From assembly GCA_947041315.1 (NCBI GenBank), contig CAMRDW010000001.1:840-64839 (forward strand): a stretch of DNA of 64,000 nucleotides, read 5' to 3'. Made by a program: the position numbers and the translations under genes. The notes beneath the pieces are model-generated. The model was not told where the DNA came from. It made no database searches and saw only the letters and a program-made list of their open reading frames with translations. Positions 18,558 to 28,595 of this stretch are shown here, one piece after another (position 1 is the stretch's first letter; every line of letters begins with the position of its first letter). This stretch comes from an uncultured Enterovibrio sp. Lineage in GTDB: Bacteria; Pseudomonadota; Gammaproteobacteria; Enterobacterales; Vibrionaceae.

Positions 18558-19924
18558 TTTTCAAGGAATGGCCTTGGTTACATTGGAATGCGCTTAGACC
18601 GGATGCCGTGGCGCTTTTTAATGAAGAGCGCCCCATTACCTGGCATCAATTGTGTGAAGACATTGCTTCTTTTGCATTGCCGCGTGAGGACAGCGCGGCC
18701 CCTTATCTTGCGATTTTAAGCCATAATAATTACGCCTCACTTTTGTGCATGTTGTCTGCTTGGCAGAGGGGATTGTGCACCTTGATGCTCAACCCCTTTT
18801 TTTCAATACAAGAGCGAAAGGATATTTTGGCGAATGCCGGTATTCATACTCTGATTGAGCCGAGCTTCTCTTTTCAAAAGGCCAAGACGAAACAAAGCCC
18901 CCCTTTTGATCTGATGGCCCATCTAACCTTGACCCTGACATCGGGTTCAACAGGGACGCCCAAGGTGGTTGTCCACACGGCGAACAACCATCTGGCCAGT
19001 GCGCAAGGGCTACTCTCTTTGCTTCCTTTTGAAAAAACGCAGATCTGGTTACTTTCTTTGCCTCTGTTTCATGTTTCTGGCTTGGCCATTGTTTGGCGTT
19101 GGCTTTTAAAAGGGGCCATCTTAAAAATCGCCCCGACCCAAGGAAACGCATTGCAAGAGGCCCTAAAAGGAGTCACGCACGCGTCTTTGGTGCCCACGCA
19201 ATTACAGCGACTTCTGCAAAAAAGAAAACCGCCTGCTTTGCAGTGCGTTTTGCTTGGGGGAGGGGTTCTTTCTCAAGCGCTGGTGGACGCTGCGGAGCGG
19301 CTCGGAATTCAATGCTGGTGTGGTTATGGGATGACGGAAATGGCCTCAACCATCACAGTAAAAAGAGCCAATGAAAAAGCCTCTGTTGGAGCCCCTTTGC
19401 CTTTTCGTCAATTAACCTTGTCTCCTTTTGGTGAAATTGCCGTAAAAGGCGAGACGCTTTTTGTGGGGTATTTAAAGGCGGGAGAGATTGAACCTTTGTC
19501 CTCTGATTGGTTTTATACCAAAGACAAGGGGGCTTGGTTAAATAAAAACCGAGATCTGAAAATTCTGGGACGCATGGATAATATGTTTATTTGTGGAGGG
19601 GAAAAAATACAACCTGAAACGATAGAACAAAAATTATCTGTTTATCCGGGGGTTTTACAATTGTTTATTTTGCCTTTTCCAGATGAAATATGGGGAGAGG
19701 TTCCGGTTGCAGTGATCCAAGGCAAGGTCGATATCGCTGCATTTTTGATCTGGGCGAAAGAGAAACTCCCCGCTTATCAATGTCCGAAATGGGCTGTTTT
19801 ATTTCCAGAGCAGGACTTTGAAACGGGCATTAAAATATCGCGTAAAGATCTTTTGGGCTGGTTAAGAAGAGAACAAATTCTCTCGTCTTTGCCTGAGAAA
19901 AAAAAGAACCCCGCGTTTGTTTAA
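18536..19924 (+). CDS. menE: o-succinylbenzoate-CoA ligase
   Basis: TSGSTGTPK, LPLFHVSG, GYGMTE, GRMDNMFICGGE. Confidence 0.92.
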   Translation: MDSMRALVFKEWPWLHWNALRPDAVALFNEERPITWHQLCEDIASFALPREDSAAPYLAILSHNNYASLLCMLSAWQRGLCTLMLNPFFSIQERKDILANAGIHTLIEPSFSFQKAKTKQSPPFDLMAHLTLTLTSGSTGTPKVVVHTANNHLASAQGLLSLLPFEKTQIWLLSLPLFHVSGLAIVWRWLLKGAILKIAPTQGNALQEALKGVTHASLVPTQLQRLLQKRKPPALQCVLLGGGVLSQALVDAAERLGIQCWCGYGMTEMASTITVKRANEKASVGAPLPFRQLTLSPFGEIAVKGETLFVGYLKAGEIEPLSSDWFYTKDKGAWLNKNRDLKILGRMDNMFICGGEKIQPETIEQKLSVYPGVLQLFILPFPDEIWGEVPVAVIQGKVDIAAFLIWAKEKLPAYQCPKWAVLFPEQDFETGIKISRKDLLGWLRREQILSSLPEKKKNPAFV

Positions 19925-19947
19925 AAATGTGTCTTTTGATTTTCTTG

Positions 19948-19977
19948 AAAAACAGCCTGAATGAACAGGCTGTTTTT
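19948..19977. terminator. Bidirectional intrinsic terminator ending the men operon
   Basis: AAAAACAGCCTG-AATGAA-CAGGCTGTTTTT. Confidence 0.85.
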
Positions 19978-20009
19978 CCGTCAAAAAGAGAAGATAGGTT
20001 GAGGACAGC

Positions 20010-20405
20010 TTAAGAAAAAATGCGGCTGTTTTTATCTGAGATTTGTTGGTTCAAGGTATAAAAATCGTAAATCACACCGAGAAAGAAAAAACCGAAAGTG
20101 AAAAGATAAAGAAATCCAGAAATCCATTTACCGAGATACATGCGATGGAAGCCTAAAGGCCCAAGAAAAGTGAGGAAGATCCAAGCAATAGAATAGTTAT
20201 ATTGTCCACAGTGGTAACGAAGATCCGCATTTTTATCCATTGATGGAATTAAAAAGAGATCAATAAGCCAGCCAACACCGCATAAACCCAATGTAAATAA
20301 CCAAAGGGTGCCAGTGAGGGGTTTACCATAATAAAAACGGTGCGAACCTAAAAAACCAAAAATCCAGAGAATATATCCAATGAATTTGCTGTGTGTATTT
20401 TTCAT
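20010..20405 (-). CDS. TM2 (NINE) domain membrane protein, two TM2 units
   Basis: LWIFGFLGSHRFYYGK..TGTLWLFT.GL.G.GW.ID, second unit LG.LGFHRMYLGK. Confidence 0.88.
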   Translation of the reverse strand: MKNTHSKFIGYILWIFGFLGSHRFYYGKPLTGTLWLFTLGLCGVGWLIDLFLIPSMDKNADLRYHCGQYNYSIAWIFLTFLGPLGFHRMYLGKWISGFLYLFTFGFFFLGVIYDFYTLNQQISDKNSRIFS

Positions 20406-20754
20406 ATGAAGAAACCTTGAATTCAACGAACGTCAGAATTTTAAAGCAACACCCTGCTGAATTATAAATCAATAATGAATAGGCAACATGCAAACTTAGC
20501 CGACGTATTTTAAAAGTTTTATTACATAATGGAAGTGTTTTTTATTCAAAATATACCCTGATGAATGTATTTTGAATAAAAAAGAGGTATTTTGCATTTA
20601 TTGATCTCCTTGTTTGACAAGCGAAATGAGAAGGTTAGCATGTGTTTTTTTAAGTGAGATTATCGCTTGAGTCATTTTATATTTGTATGCCGTATGCGTT
20701 TTTGGCATATGATGGCTTTCTCTTTTTGAATGGAATTTATTAATAGGATTTTAA

Positions 20755-21681
20755 ATGAAACGTTATATTTCTATCTTTTCGATATTGTTTGTCATGGTAT
20801 TTTCTTCTTCTGACGCTTTTGCTAAAAAATTTGGGGGAGGGAAGTCATTCGGTAAATCTTATAAAACAGCCCCTGCATCTAAGCCTGCCCAATCTGATAA
20901 CTCGCGCAAACAAAATGATCCGGCTCAAGCACCAGGTAAGTCATCAATGGCGAAAGGTTTAATGGCGGGTATGCTCGGCGGTTTGCTTGCAGGTGGCCTT
21001 CTTGCTTCTTTATTTGGAGGCGGTTTTGAGGGCTTTCAAATCATGGATTTTTTGATCATCGCTTTGATTGCGTTTATTTTGTTTAAAATCTTTAAAGCCG
21101 TGATGGCCTCAAAAAACACAAAGGGAATGGCATCAGGAAAAAATCAAGTTTATGCGGGGGGCACTCCTGAGTCAGGAGCCACACAAAAAGAGAGCTTTGA
21201 CGAAAAAGAACAAGCGACACAAAAAACCAACCCTTTTTCTAAAGCGCAAGCCCCTCTTGCGGGCAGTGGCTTCGGCAAAAGTGAGCCGCTTACAGATGAA
21301 GTTCCAATGCACTTTCCAGCCGGTTTTGATGGTGTTTCTTTTATTCATGGCGCGCTCAATCATTACCGTATTTTACAAGATGCCTGGAATAAAAATCAGT
21401 TAGAAATCATTCAAGAGTATGTCACGCCAGAATTATACAATGACTTAGCCTCTGAGCGCCGTACGTTAAGCACTGAGCAATGCACTCAGGTTTTGTTTGT
21501 GGATGCCCAGATTGTGCGCGCGGATTGTGATGCGAATAGCGCTCAATTAAGTTTGCAATTTATGGGGCGTTATTCTGATGATCTTGAAAGTGAAGAAAAA
21601 GAAATCACAGATATTTGGCATTTAGAACGAAATCTTCGCCAAGCCGATGCGCCTTGGTTGATTGTGGGTATTCAAGATTAA
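20755..21681 (+). CDS. Tim44 domain protein with signal peptide
   Basis: AKKFGGGKSFG, GLLAGGLL, LQDAWN, EYVTPELY, IWHLER, WLIVGIQ. Confidence 0.88.
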   Translation: MKRYISIFSILFVMVFSSSDAFAKKFGGGKSFGKSYKTAPASKPAQSDNSRKQNDPAQAPGKSSMAKGLMAGMLGGLLAGGLLASLFGGGFEGFQIMDFLIIALIAFILFKIFKAVMASKNTKGMASGKNQVYAGGTPESGATQKESFDEKEQATQKTNPFSKAQAPLAGSGFGKSEPLTDEVPMHFPAGFDGVSFIHGALNHYRILQDAWNKNQLEIIQEYVTPELYNDLASERRTLSTEQCTQVLFVDAQIVRADCDANSAQLSLQFMGRYSDDLESEEKEITDIWHLERNLRQADAPWLIVGIQD

Positions 21682-21749
21682 TGTTTTTTTAAGCGTCTCT
21701 TACTTTGGGATGTCTCTTTGATGGGGGGTCTCAATGAAAAAAAACAACG

Positions 21750-21773
21750 GCAGCTGATTTTAGCTGCTTTTTT
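21750..21773 (+). terminator. Intrinsic terminator after Tim44 gene
   Basis: GCAGCT-GATTTT-AGCTGC followed by a T run. Confidence 0.6.
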
Positions 21774-21989
21774 AAGCGTTGTTTATCGAGGGGATAAACG
21801 GAAATGCTTTGCCTTAGATCTCCTTTTTTAAACAGAGACAAGAAAGGGTTGCGCATTCATTCAAAAAAATCACTTTTGGGCGCTTGGATTGATCTCGGAT
21901 CTGGTTATTTTTGATCTTGTTCGCATTTATCTGTTCTGTGTGGGTTTATAGTTAATTTAAGATTTGAGTAACATTATCCAGGAGTGAAG

Positions 21990-22232
21990 ATGCCTTTTAG
22001 TGTCGAATTGATTGATGAGTTGAATGTTCTTGTTAGGTTTTCCCTTTCATCTGAAATGACGGGTTTGAAAATCCACAATGATGCAGATCCTCGATGGGTA
22101 GAAGCAACGCATCGGTTATACAATAAAAAATTAGTGACTTCTTTGGATGGTGGTTATTTAACGGCCATTGGTCGTGATGCCGTAGAGCATGCGAAAGAAG
22201 CCTTGCGCATTCTAACGTCTTTGCCGGGATAA
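21990..22232 (+). CDS. TIGR02647 family small protein
   Basis: ELNVLVRF, GLKIH.DA, RLY.K.LVT..DGGYLT..G; AGGAG RBS. Confidence 0.85.
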   Translation: MPFSVELIDELNVLVRFSLSSEMTGLKIHNDADPRWVEATHRLYNKKLVTSLDGGYLTAIGRDAVEHAKEALRILTSLPG

Positions 22233-22294
22233 GCACTGATTTGGCTTTTTAAAAAGAAGCCTTTTGTTTTCTTGAATGCTTTATTTGTTGAAAT

Positions 22295-22330
22295 AAAAAC
22301 GGGTTCAATCTTTTGATTGAACCCGTTTTT
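22295..22330. terminator. Bidirectional intrinsic terminator with perfect 16-bp stem
   Basis: AAAAACGGGTTCAATC-TTTT-GATTGAACCCGTTTTT. Confidence 0.85.
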
Positions 22331-22356
22331 TGTTTTAAATCAAGTGTCAGTTTTGT

Positions 22357-23778
22357 TTATTTCCAGACATCGCGGTCTAGTTGTTTGTCCAACTGAGGGA
22401 ATTTTCTACGATCAAAGGTCGGCTTGATCCCCGCTTTAGATTGTGTTTGGTAATCTTTCAATAACGCAAATGCAATACCAGAAAGCAAGCAAATAGCAAC
22501 CAGGTTGATGATGGCCATCATGCCCATCGACAAATCAGCAAAGGCCCACACAAGGGGTAAATCGAGTACCGCGCCAACAAGGACCATTCCCAATACGGCA
22601 AAACGGTAAATATTGACCGCCCATTTGCTTTTGAAAATGTACGTGATATTTGACTCGCCGTAAGAGTAGTTTGCAATGAGTGACGTAAAAGCAAACAAAA
22701 AAATGGCACAAGCAATGAAAATTGCGCCCCAAGGACCCACTTCCGCGACAAGTGCGGCTTGAGTGAGGGCGATTCCTGTGAGACCACTGTCTGTGTCCAA
22801 CGCGCCAGAAAGTAAAATGATGGACGCGGTGGCTGTACAAATCAGAAGCGTATCAATAAAAACGCCCAGCATTTGTATGTAGCCTTGTGCGACAGGGTGG
22901 TTTGGCGTCGTGGTTGCGGTGGCCGCGGCAATCGGCGCGGAGCCCATTCCGGCTTCGTTTGAAAAAAGACCGCGTTTGATCCCTTGCATCATTGCCGCAC
23001 CAATCGCTCCAGCGCCGGCTTGTTCAAATCCGAAGGCACTTTTGAAAATGGTTTCAAAAACAGCGGGAAGTTCTGTGATGTTCATTCCAATAACATACAG
23101 GGCAACAGCGAGGTAACTCATCGCCATAAAAGGAACAATCAACTCAGCCACTCGTGCAACGGAGCGCATCCCACCAAAAATGATAGGGGCGACGCACACC
23201 GCAAGTGCAATCCCTACCCACATGTTGTTGGTGCCAAAGGCGGCCCCAAATGCGGCGGCAATGGAATTGGACTGCACTGCATTAAACGCAAGACCAAACG
23301 CCAAGATAAGGCAGATGGCAAAAGCAATGCCTAACCAACGTTGACCTAGGCCTTTTTCAATGTAGTAAGCCGGTCCTCCTCGAAAGGTGTTGTCTTCATT
23401 TCGAACTTTATAGGTTTGTGCGAGAGTGGACTCAACAAGGCTCGTTGACATTCCAAGAAGCGCGGTGACCCACATCCAGAAAACGGCGCCGGGTCCGCCT
23501 AAATAAATAGCAACAGCAACCCCTGCCATATTGCCTGTGCCAATACGCGCAGCAAGGCTGGTGCTGAAAGCTTGAAAAGAGGAAATCCCACCATTTGCGC
23601 CCTGGCGGCTTCTTTTGATCAGTGAGAACATGTGTCCGAAAGAACGAAATTGGATGAAACCTGTGCGAACGGAAAAATACAATCCAACACCGAGCAGGAG
23701 ATATACGAGCAGGCTTCCCCAAAGAAGGGCATTCCCTGTATTAATAAAGGATTCAAACAGTTCTTTTAGTTCCGTCAT
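22357..23778 (-). CDS. Alanine/glycine:cation symporter (AGCS family)
   Basis: LAARIGTGNMAGVA, GGPGAVFWMW, GGPAYY, RGLFSNEAGMGSAP, FIDTLLICT. Confidence 0.93.
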   Translation of the reverse strand: MTELKELFESFINTGNALLWGSLLVYLLLGVGLYFSVRTGFIQFRSFGHMFSLIKRSRQGANGGISSFQAFSTSLAARIGTGNMAGVAVAIYLGGPGAVFWMWVTALLGMSTSLVESTLAQTYKVRNEDNTFRGGPAYYIEKGLGQRWLGIAFAICLILAFGLAFNAVQSNSIAAAFGAAFGTNNMWVGIALAVCVAPIIFGGMRSVARVAELIVPFMAMSYLAVALYVIGMNITELPAVFETIFKSAFGFEQAGAGAIGAAMMQGIKRGLFSNEAGMGSAPIAAATATTTPNHPVAQGYIQMLGVFIDTLLICTATASIILLSGALDTDSGLTGIALTQAALVAEVGPWGAIFIACAIFLFAFTSLIANYSYGESNITYIFKSKWAVNIYRFAVLGMVLVGAVLDLPLVWAFADLSMGMMAIINLVAICLLSGIAFALLKDYQTQSKAGIKPTFDRRKFPQLDKQLDRDVWK

Positions 23779-24170
23779 AATAAACTCTTTTGTCGTCAAG
23801 TTGAAAAAGTGGTGCTACGAAAAGGCTGTAGGATAAGAAAGGAATGGACTGGATGAACATTTTTTGTGATTTCATTTTCCATTGAGGGATCGGGTTGTAT
23901 GGCGCACCCTAAAAAGAATCGTAATGCGTTCATTTTACTTACCCCCATGAAATAGACCCTTTCTGTCTTCTGGTCATTTTCCTTGTATGGACAGGGTGAA
24001 AGCCTTTCGTGTCATTCACGAAGTGGCTTTGGTCTTTAGCCGAAATTTTAGAGCGCGGGAATAATACTCTACTTTTTGTGTTCTGGACATGAAGAAATTG
24101 AATATTTAAGCAAGGAGCCTTGATATTTGAGGGGACACTAAAAGGCATTTTGCGTCTTTTTTTGTTCTTT

Positions 24171-24297
24171 TATCCTCCGTCGTCTTTGACGCTGCGTGGG
24201 TGTTGGTTAGGCTCGAAGCGTTCAATTATCCGCTCCATTTATGCTCAGGGGCTTCACTTGCTTGGCGTCTATTCGCCTCTTCAATTATTTTGGTCTA
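24171..24297 (+). repeat. ERIC-like MITE, 127 bp
   Basis: tatcctccgtcgtctttgacgctgcgtgggtgttgg...atgctcaggggcttcacttgc...tggtcta. Confidence 0.85.
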
Positions 24298-24411
24298 TGT
24301 CTTTTTTTATTCGTTTAACATGGTTTTTCAATCATCCAAAAAACGAAGCGATTATCCGAGCGCATGATAAGCGGAATTATTTTTTAAATCCTTTTATATT
24401 ATGATGTTATA

Positions 24412-24588
24412 TCACCTCTTTTCTTCTTGATTGACAAAAGGGGGAGGGCCTTTCAATTTTTTTTCGTAGTCTTTTTTGACGATAGCCAAGGCTTTAAGCA
24501 CGACATCGGATGGAATGTCGTTTTTTTCAAGAAGGCAAATAAGATCCACTGCCAGCTTTATTTCATCGGGGGCCTTATCGAGGGACAT
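24412..24588 (-). CDS. ybaM: YbaM/DUF2496 (RsmS-like) small protein, 58 aa, absent from the ORF track
   Basis: Manual translation [45 protein letters not shown]...; AAGGAG RBS; follows priC as in E. coli. Confidence 0.9.
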   Translation of the reverse strand: MSLDKAPDEIKLAVDLICLLEKNDIPSDVVLKALAIVKKDYEKKLKGPPPFVNQEEKR

Positions 24589-24636
24589 AAAAACTCCTTT
24601 TTAAGTTATTGAAATTTGTTTTTTCTGAGGGGCGTT

Positions 24637-25191
24637 TTAGCGAGATTTCTTTTTTTGGATAAACGCGATATTGGACTCAATTTTTTGCTTTGCTTTGCGG
24701 CAACGGGACAATCGCTCTTTCGTGACGATAAGGTGTTTTTGAATTTCTATTTGATTTTTCTGCGTGGTTTGATAAGGAAAAATGGCTTCGATTTGTCTTA
24801 CTTTTTCTTCAAGGCGTCGCTCCCAATTTTGATGTTGTGTTAAATCTTGATAGAGCAGATACAGGGGAGGCGTCTGCTTAAATGAAAAGCGTTTTTCTTT
24901 CTCTCTGATGGACAAGGTGGCCATTTCGCGTTGTAAAGCACTGACTTGATTGAGGAGCTTTTCACACAAATGGCTGGCTCTAATAGAAGAAAGGCGGCCA
25001 CTTTTTTGTTCTTTTTCGAATTGTTCAATGAGGTTTTTTGCTTCTTGAATACAAGGACAAAGAAAACGTGACAGACAAGAAAACAAACGGTCATCAAAGA
25101 GGGGTTTTAAGCTTTCCCCTCGGCGTTTGTCTATCGCTTGCGCTTGAATTGACATGTTATGCAGCGCGTCTTTTAAGTGTGTTAAACTCAT
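24637..25191 (-). CDS. priC: Primosomal replication protein PriC
   Basis: LFDDRLFSC, CEKLLNQVSALQRE, LYQDLTQHQNWERRL, RLSRCRKA. Confidence 0.85.
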   Translation of the reverse strand: MSLTHLKDALHNMSIQAQAIDKRRGESLKPLFDDRLFSCLSRFLCPCIQEAKNLIEQFEKEQKSGRLSSIRASHLCEKLLNQVSALQREMATLSIREKEKRFSFKQTPPLYLLYQDLTQHQNWERRLEEKVRQIEAIFPYQTTQKNQIEIQKHLIVTKERLSRCRKAKQKIESNIAFIQKKKSR

Positions 25192-25212
25192 TTTCCCTTC
25201 TTAAATTGGTTT

Positions 25213-25986
25213 TTAAAGCCAAGCATCCATGCCTAATTTAATGGTGAGAGCCATCACAACAGTGATGAACACGGGCTTGATAAACGTGGCGCCAAAACGA
25301 ATGGCTGAATGCACACCGATAAAAGCCCCGCACATCAGACAAACCCCCATGGTTAAACCCAAAGCCCAATTGACATGGCCGAGATAGATAAAGGTCACCA
25401 GGGAGGCCAGATTACTGGTGAAATTCATGGCTTTTGCAAGGCCCGATGAAAGTAAGATGTTCATCTTGTATAAGGACATAGAAGAGACAGTCCAAAAAGC
25501 GCCGGCGCCAGGTCCCAGTAAGCCATCATAAAATCCCAAGATAAGCCCTTGGCCTGATTGCTTTAAATGTAAATGAGGATCGTCTTTAGGAAGTTGTTGG
25601 TTTTCTGTTTTGGGTTTGCCTTGAAACAGGGTGTAAATGGCGGTAGAAAAAATCAAAATGGGGAGGATTTTTTCCAGTAAAGCGGTGCTGATATAGTCAA
25701 CAATCAAGGTGCCTAAAACCGCGCCAAACAAAGTCGCTACAAAAGCGCGCACCCAAAATCGGGGTGAAAAAAGTTTTTTGCTGTAATAGGTCAGTGCCGC
25801 AGTTGAAGAGGCAAACGTGGCTGAAAGTTTGTTGGTCCCCAAGGCGATGTGCGGGGGTAAACCGATGGAAAGCAAGGCTGGCACGGTCAGCATGCCGCCG
25901 CCGCCTGCAACGGCATCAATGAAACCGGCAAGAAAGGCGACCACACCAAGGGTGGCGAGGGTCATTGGGTCTAAAAGTTCAAGCAT
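25213..25986 (-). CDS. TSUP (TauE/SafE) family membrane transporter, YfcA-like
   Basis: AGFIDAVAGGGG, ALGTNKL, GFYDG..GPGAG, AKAMNFTSN. Confidence 0.9.
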   Translation of the reverse strand: MLELLDPMTLATLGVVAFLAGFIDAVAGGGGMLTVPALLSIGLPPHIALGTNKLSATFASSTAALTYYSKKLFSPRFWVRAFVATLFGAVLGTLIVDYISTALLEKILPILIFSTAIYTLFQGKPKTENQQLPKDDPHLHLKQSGQGLILGFYDGLLGPGAGAFWTVSSMSLYKMNILLSSGLAKAMNFTSNLASLVTFIYLGHVNWALGLTMGVCLMCGAFIGVHSAIRFGATFIKPVFITVVMALTIKLGMDAWL

Positions 25987-26004
25987 AGAATTTTATCGTC
26001 ATGT

Positions 26005-28077
26005 TCATTCAATGATGCGGTTGAATGGGGGAAGTGATTCAAGCAGCATTTTGCCATACCGTTTGCTGATGATACGTCTGTCAAGCAATACGACTCTACC
26101 AGAATCTTCCTCTTTACGCACGAGACGACCGACGGCTTGAATGAGTTTTTTACTCGCTTCTGGGAGTGAAATATGTAAAAAAGGATTGCCGCCTTTTTCT
26201 TCTATGTATTCGGCGTGCGCTTCTTCGATGGGGGAGGTTGGAACTGAAAAGGGGATTTGGGTGATGATGAGATTGTTTAATTGAGAGCCTGGTAAGTCAA
26301 GTCCTTCTGAAAAGCTGCTTGTGCCAAAGATCACGCTGATTTTCCCTTGAGCACAGCACGTTCGATGTTTTTTCAAAATGTGTGCACGGGCGCTTTCTCC
26401 TTGTACATGCAGATGCCAACCGTTTTTCTTCATTTCTTTTCGAAGGTGATCCGCGACGAGGTTCATTTTTGCGTAAGACGAAAACAGAACCAAACTTGCG
26501 GTTTCACCTTCAAGGTATTCCATTAATCTCTTTTTTAAATCCGGTATAAATTCTTGCTGTGAAGGATCATAGGGCAGATCAGGGATCACCAAACGTGCAT
26601 TTTTTTGGTAGTCAAAAGGCGAGGGCAAAGCCAGAAAGCGCGTTCCTTCATTTTCATTTAGCCCCACTTGGCGACAAAAATACTCAAACGAATTCATGGC
26701 GCGAAGGGTTGCAGAAAGCAAGGCAACGCCCGCAGCCCGTGACCATAAGAGTTGCTCTAATTGCCAACCTATTTCAAGCGGGGAGACATGCACGGTGAAA
26801 TCATTGTCTTTTTCTGGGGTAACTTGTATCCAACGTGCTAAAGGAGCTGCATTTTTTGGATTTGGTTTGGACATTAAAGCCCAGACTTTTTCTAAATTTT
26901 CTAAACGTTGTAAAAAAAACGCGGACTCAGCAAAAAGAGGGTCTGCAATTTTTCCTGAAATCTCGCCATTTTTAAAGCGCTCAACGAGAAGTTCGTAGAG
27001 TTTCCCAAGAGATTGATTGGCTTTTTTGGCTGCTTGAGAGAGGGTTTTCGATTCATTCAAGAGCTCTTCTGGTAATTCCCCTCCGGAAAATCGATAGCGC
27101 CCTTCTTGGTCTAGGGGCAAGCTGATGAGGGTATTTCTCACTGTATAAAGACTGGGGATCAAGACTTGAATGCTGGATTGAAGGACTGTGAGGAATCGAC
27201 TGCTGGTTTTGATGTCTGCAGCATTGGCCCATTTTGAGGCGTTTTGATTTATTTTTTCTAACCAATTTGATGTGCCGATAAGGCTGCCTGAAGCGGCCGT
27301 AAAATCACGGGCGACTGTGGGTAAATGGTGCGCTTCATCGAGGATATAAAGTGATTTTTCAGGCTCATGAAGGATCACGCCCCCCCCTAAACTCAAGTCT
27401 GCCATCAAGACACTGTGATTGACAACAAGTACATCGGTTCTATTGAGCTGCTCTCGCGCTTTGGGAAAAGGGCAGTTTCTGTGATTGCTTAAACCGGGGT
27501 GGCAGGTGTGTTTATCCGAAACAATCTGTTCCCACAGTTTTTCGGGCAAAGGGGTGGGCCAGAGGTCTTTGTCTCCAGACCATGTGCCATCAAGATACGC
27601 TTTATGCATCTCGCCTAATGTGCGTTCTTCTGATTTTTGAGGGGGAGTGTCGAATAAATTTTCTTGATTTACATTTGTGTTTTGGGCTGCGAGACTGAGC
27701 TTGTGGGCACAGCAATAACGCTGGCGACCTTTAACAAGAGCGAAAGAAAAGGGATGAGGAGAGATGCGTCTAAAAAGAGGCAGATCTTTGTCAATAAGTT
27801 GTTCTTGTAAGGCGACCGTCGCAGTAGACAAGATCACTTTCTTGTTATTATGCAAAGCAAAGGGAATCGTGGCGATTAAATAAGCCATTGATTTTCCTAT
27901 GCCCGTTCCGGCTTCTGCAACCATGATAGGACGTTGTTTGTTGTATTCACCCGCCCAGGTTTTTGCAAGTTCGGCGACCAAATAATTTTGTGCTTTTCTT
28001 GGAATAAAATGCTCAAGGTGGATTTTAAGGTTGGAATAGCAGTTTCTGATGTCATTTTTAACGGTTAAATTGAGCAT
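26005..28077 (-). CDS. dinG: ATP-dependent DNA helicase DinG
   Basis: EAGTGIGKS, KGRQRYCC (FeS), DEAHH, LSATL, SFSEGLDLPG, QAVGRLVR. Confidence 0.95.
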   Translation of the reverse strand: MLNLTVKNDIRNCYSNLKIHLEHFIPRKAQNYLVAELAKTWAGEYNKQRPIMVAEAGTGIGKSMAYLIATIPFALHNNKKVILSTATVALQEQLIDKDLPLFRRISPHPFSFALVKGRQRYCCAHKLSLAAQNTNVNQENLFDTPPQKSEERTLGEMHKAYLDGTWSGDKDLWPTPLPEKLWEQIVSDKHTCHPGLSNHRNCPFPKAREQLNRTDVLVVNHSVLMADLSLGGGVILHEPEKSLYILDEAHHLPTVARDFTAASGSLIGTSNWLEKINQNASKWANAADIKTSSRFLTVLQSSIQVLIPSLYTVRNTLISLPLDQEGRYRFSGGELPEELLNESKTLSQAAKKANQSLGKLYELLVERFKNGEISGKIADPLFAESAFFLQRLENLEKVWALMSKPNPKNAAPLARWIQVTPEKDNDFTVHVSPLEIGWQLEQLLWSRAAGVALLSATLRAMNSFEYFCRQVGLNENEGTRFLALPSPFDYQKNARLVIPDLPYDPSQQEFIPDLKKRLMEYLEGETASLVLFSSYAKMNLVADHLRKEMKKNGWHLHVQGESARAHILKKHRTCCAQGKISVIFGTSSFSEGLDLPGSQLNNLIITQIPFSVPTSPIEEAHAEYIEEKGGNPFLHISLPEASKKLIQAVGRLVRKEEDSGRVVLLDRRIISKRYGKMLLESLPPFNRIIE

Positions 28078-28163
28078 AAATTGGATGAATTTGAGGAAGC
28101 GAAAGTCATTATAACATGGAATAAGAATGTTAATTAGTTCATGAATTTATCTCTTTATTTTTA

Positions 28164-28185
28164 AAATGTGACATGAATCACGCAC
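28164..28185. promoter_or_regulatory. Candidate CRP-binding site
   Basis: AAATGTGA-CATGAA-TCACGCAC versus consensus AAATGTGA-N6-TCACATTT, in the dinG/porin divergent region. Confidence 0.7.
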
Positions 28186-28595
28186 AAAGTGCCCTTAAAT
28201 TTTCAACCGTGTTAAAGCCAATATTCAAGTTTTTTAATCTGATTTATGTTGAATTTCAGAGTTTTATTCTTTATTTTATTTTATTTTTATTCACTTAAAG
28301 ATTTATTCACTGCCATTTGTTGCCTTTCTTATATTTCTTCATTTTATCCTATTTAATGAATGCCGCATGATTAATTGTTGTTTCTTGGTTCAACTTGTTG
28401 ATTTTGTTTGTATTTTTTGTGTTTCATTCAATGATTTGACAGATTTTAAATTTCTCTGCACTCTGAATCAGAATTTATCGTACTTTCCACGTCAATACGC
28501 TCCTTTTATATCGATTGGCATGCCAGTGGAGAGTGAAAAACCCAGGAATTCCGAACAACGAATTCCATCCTTAAATTAGAAAGGCAGTGGATAAC

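Noticed and set aside
23800-24100. Glycine or lysine riboswitch upstream of the AGCS symporter
   Set aside because: Diagnostic aptamer motifs are absent on the coding strand
28078-28200. LexA box upstream of dinG
   Set aside because: No CTG-N10-CAG match found
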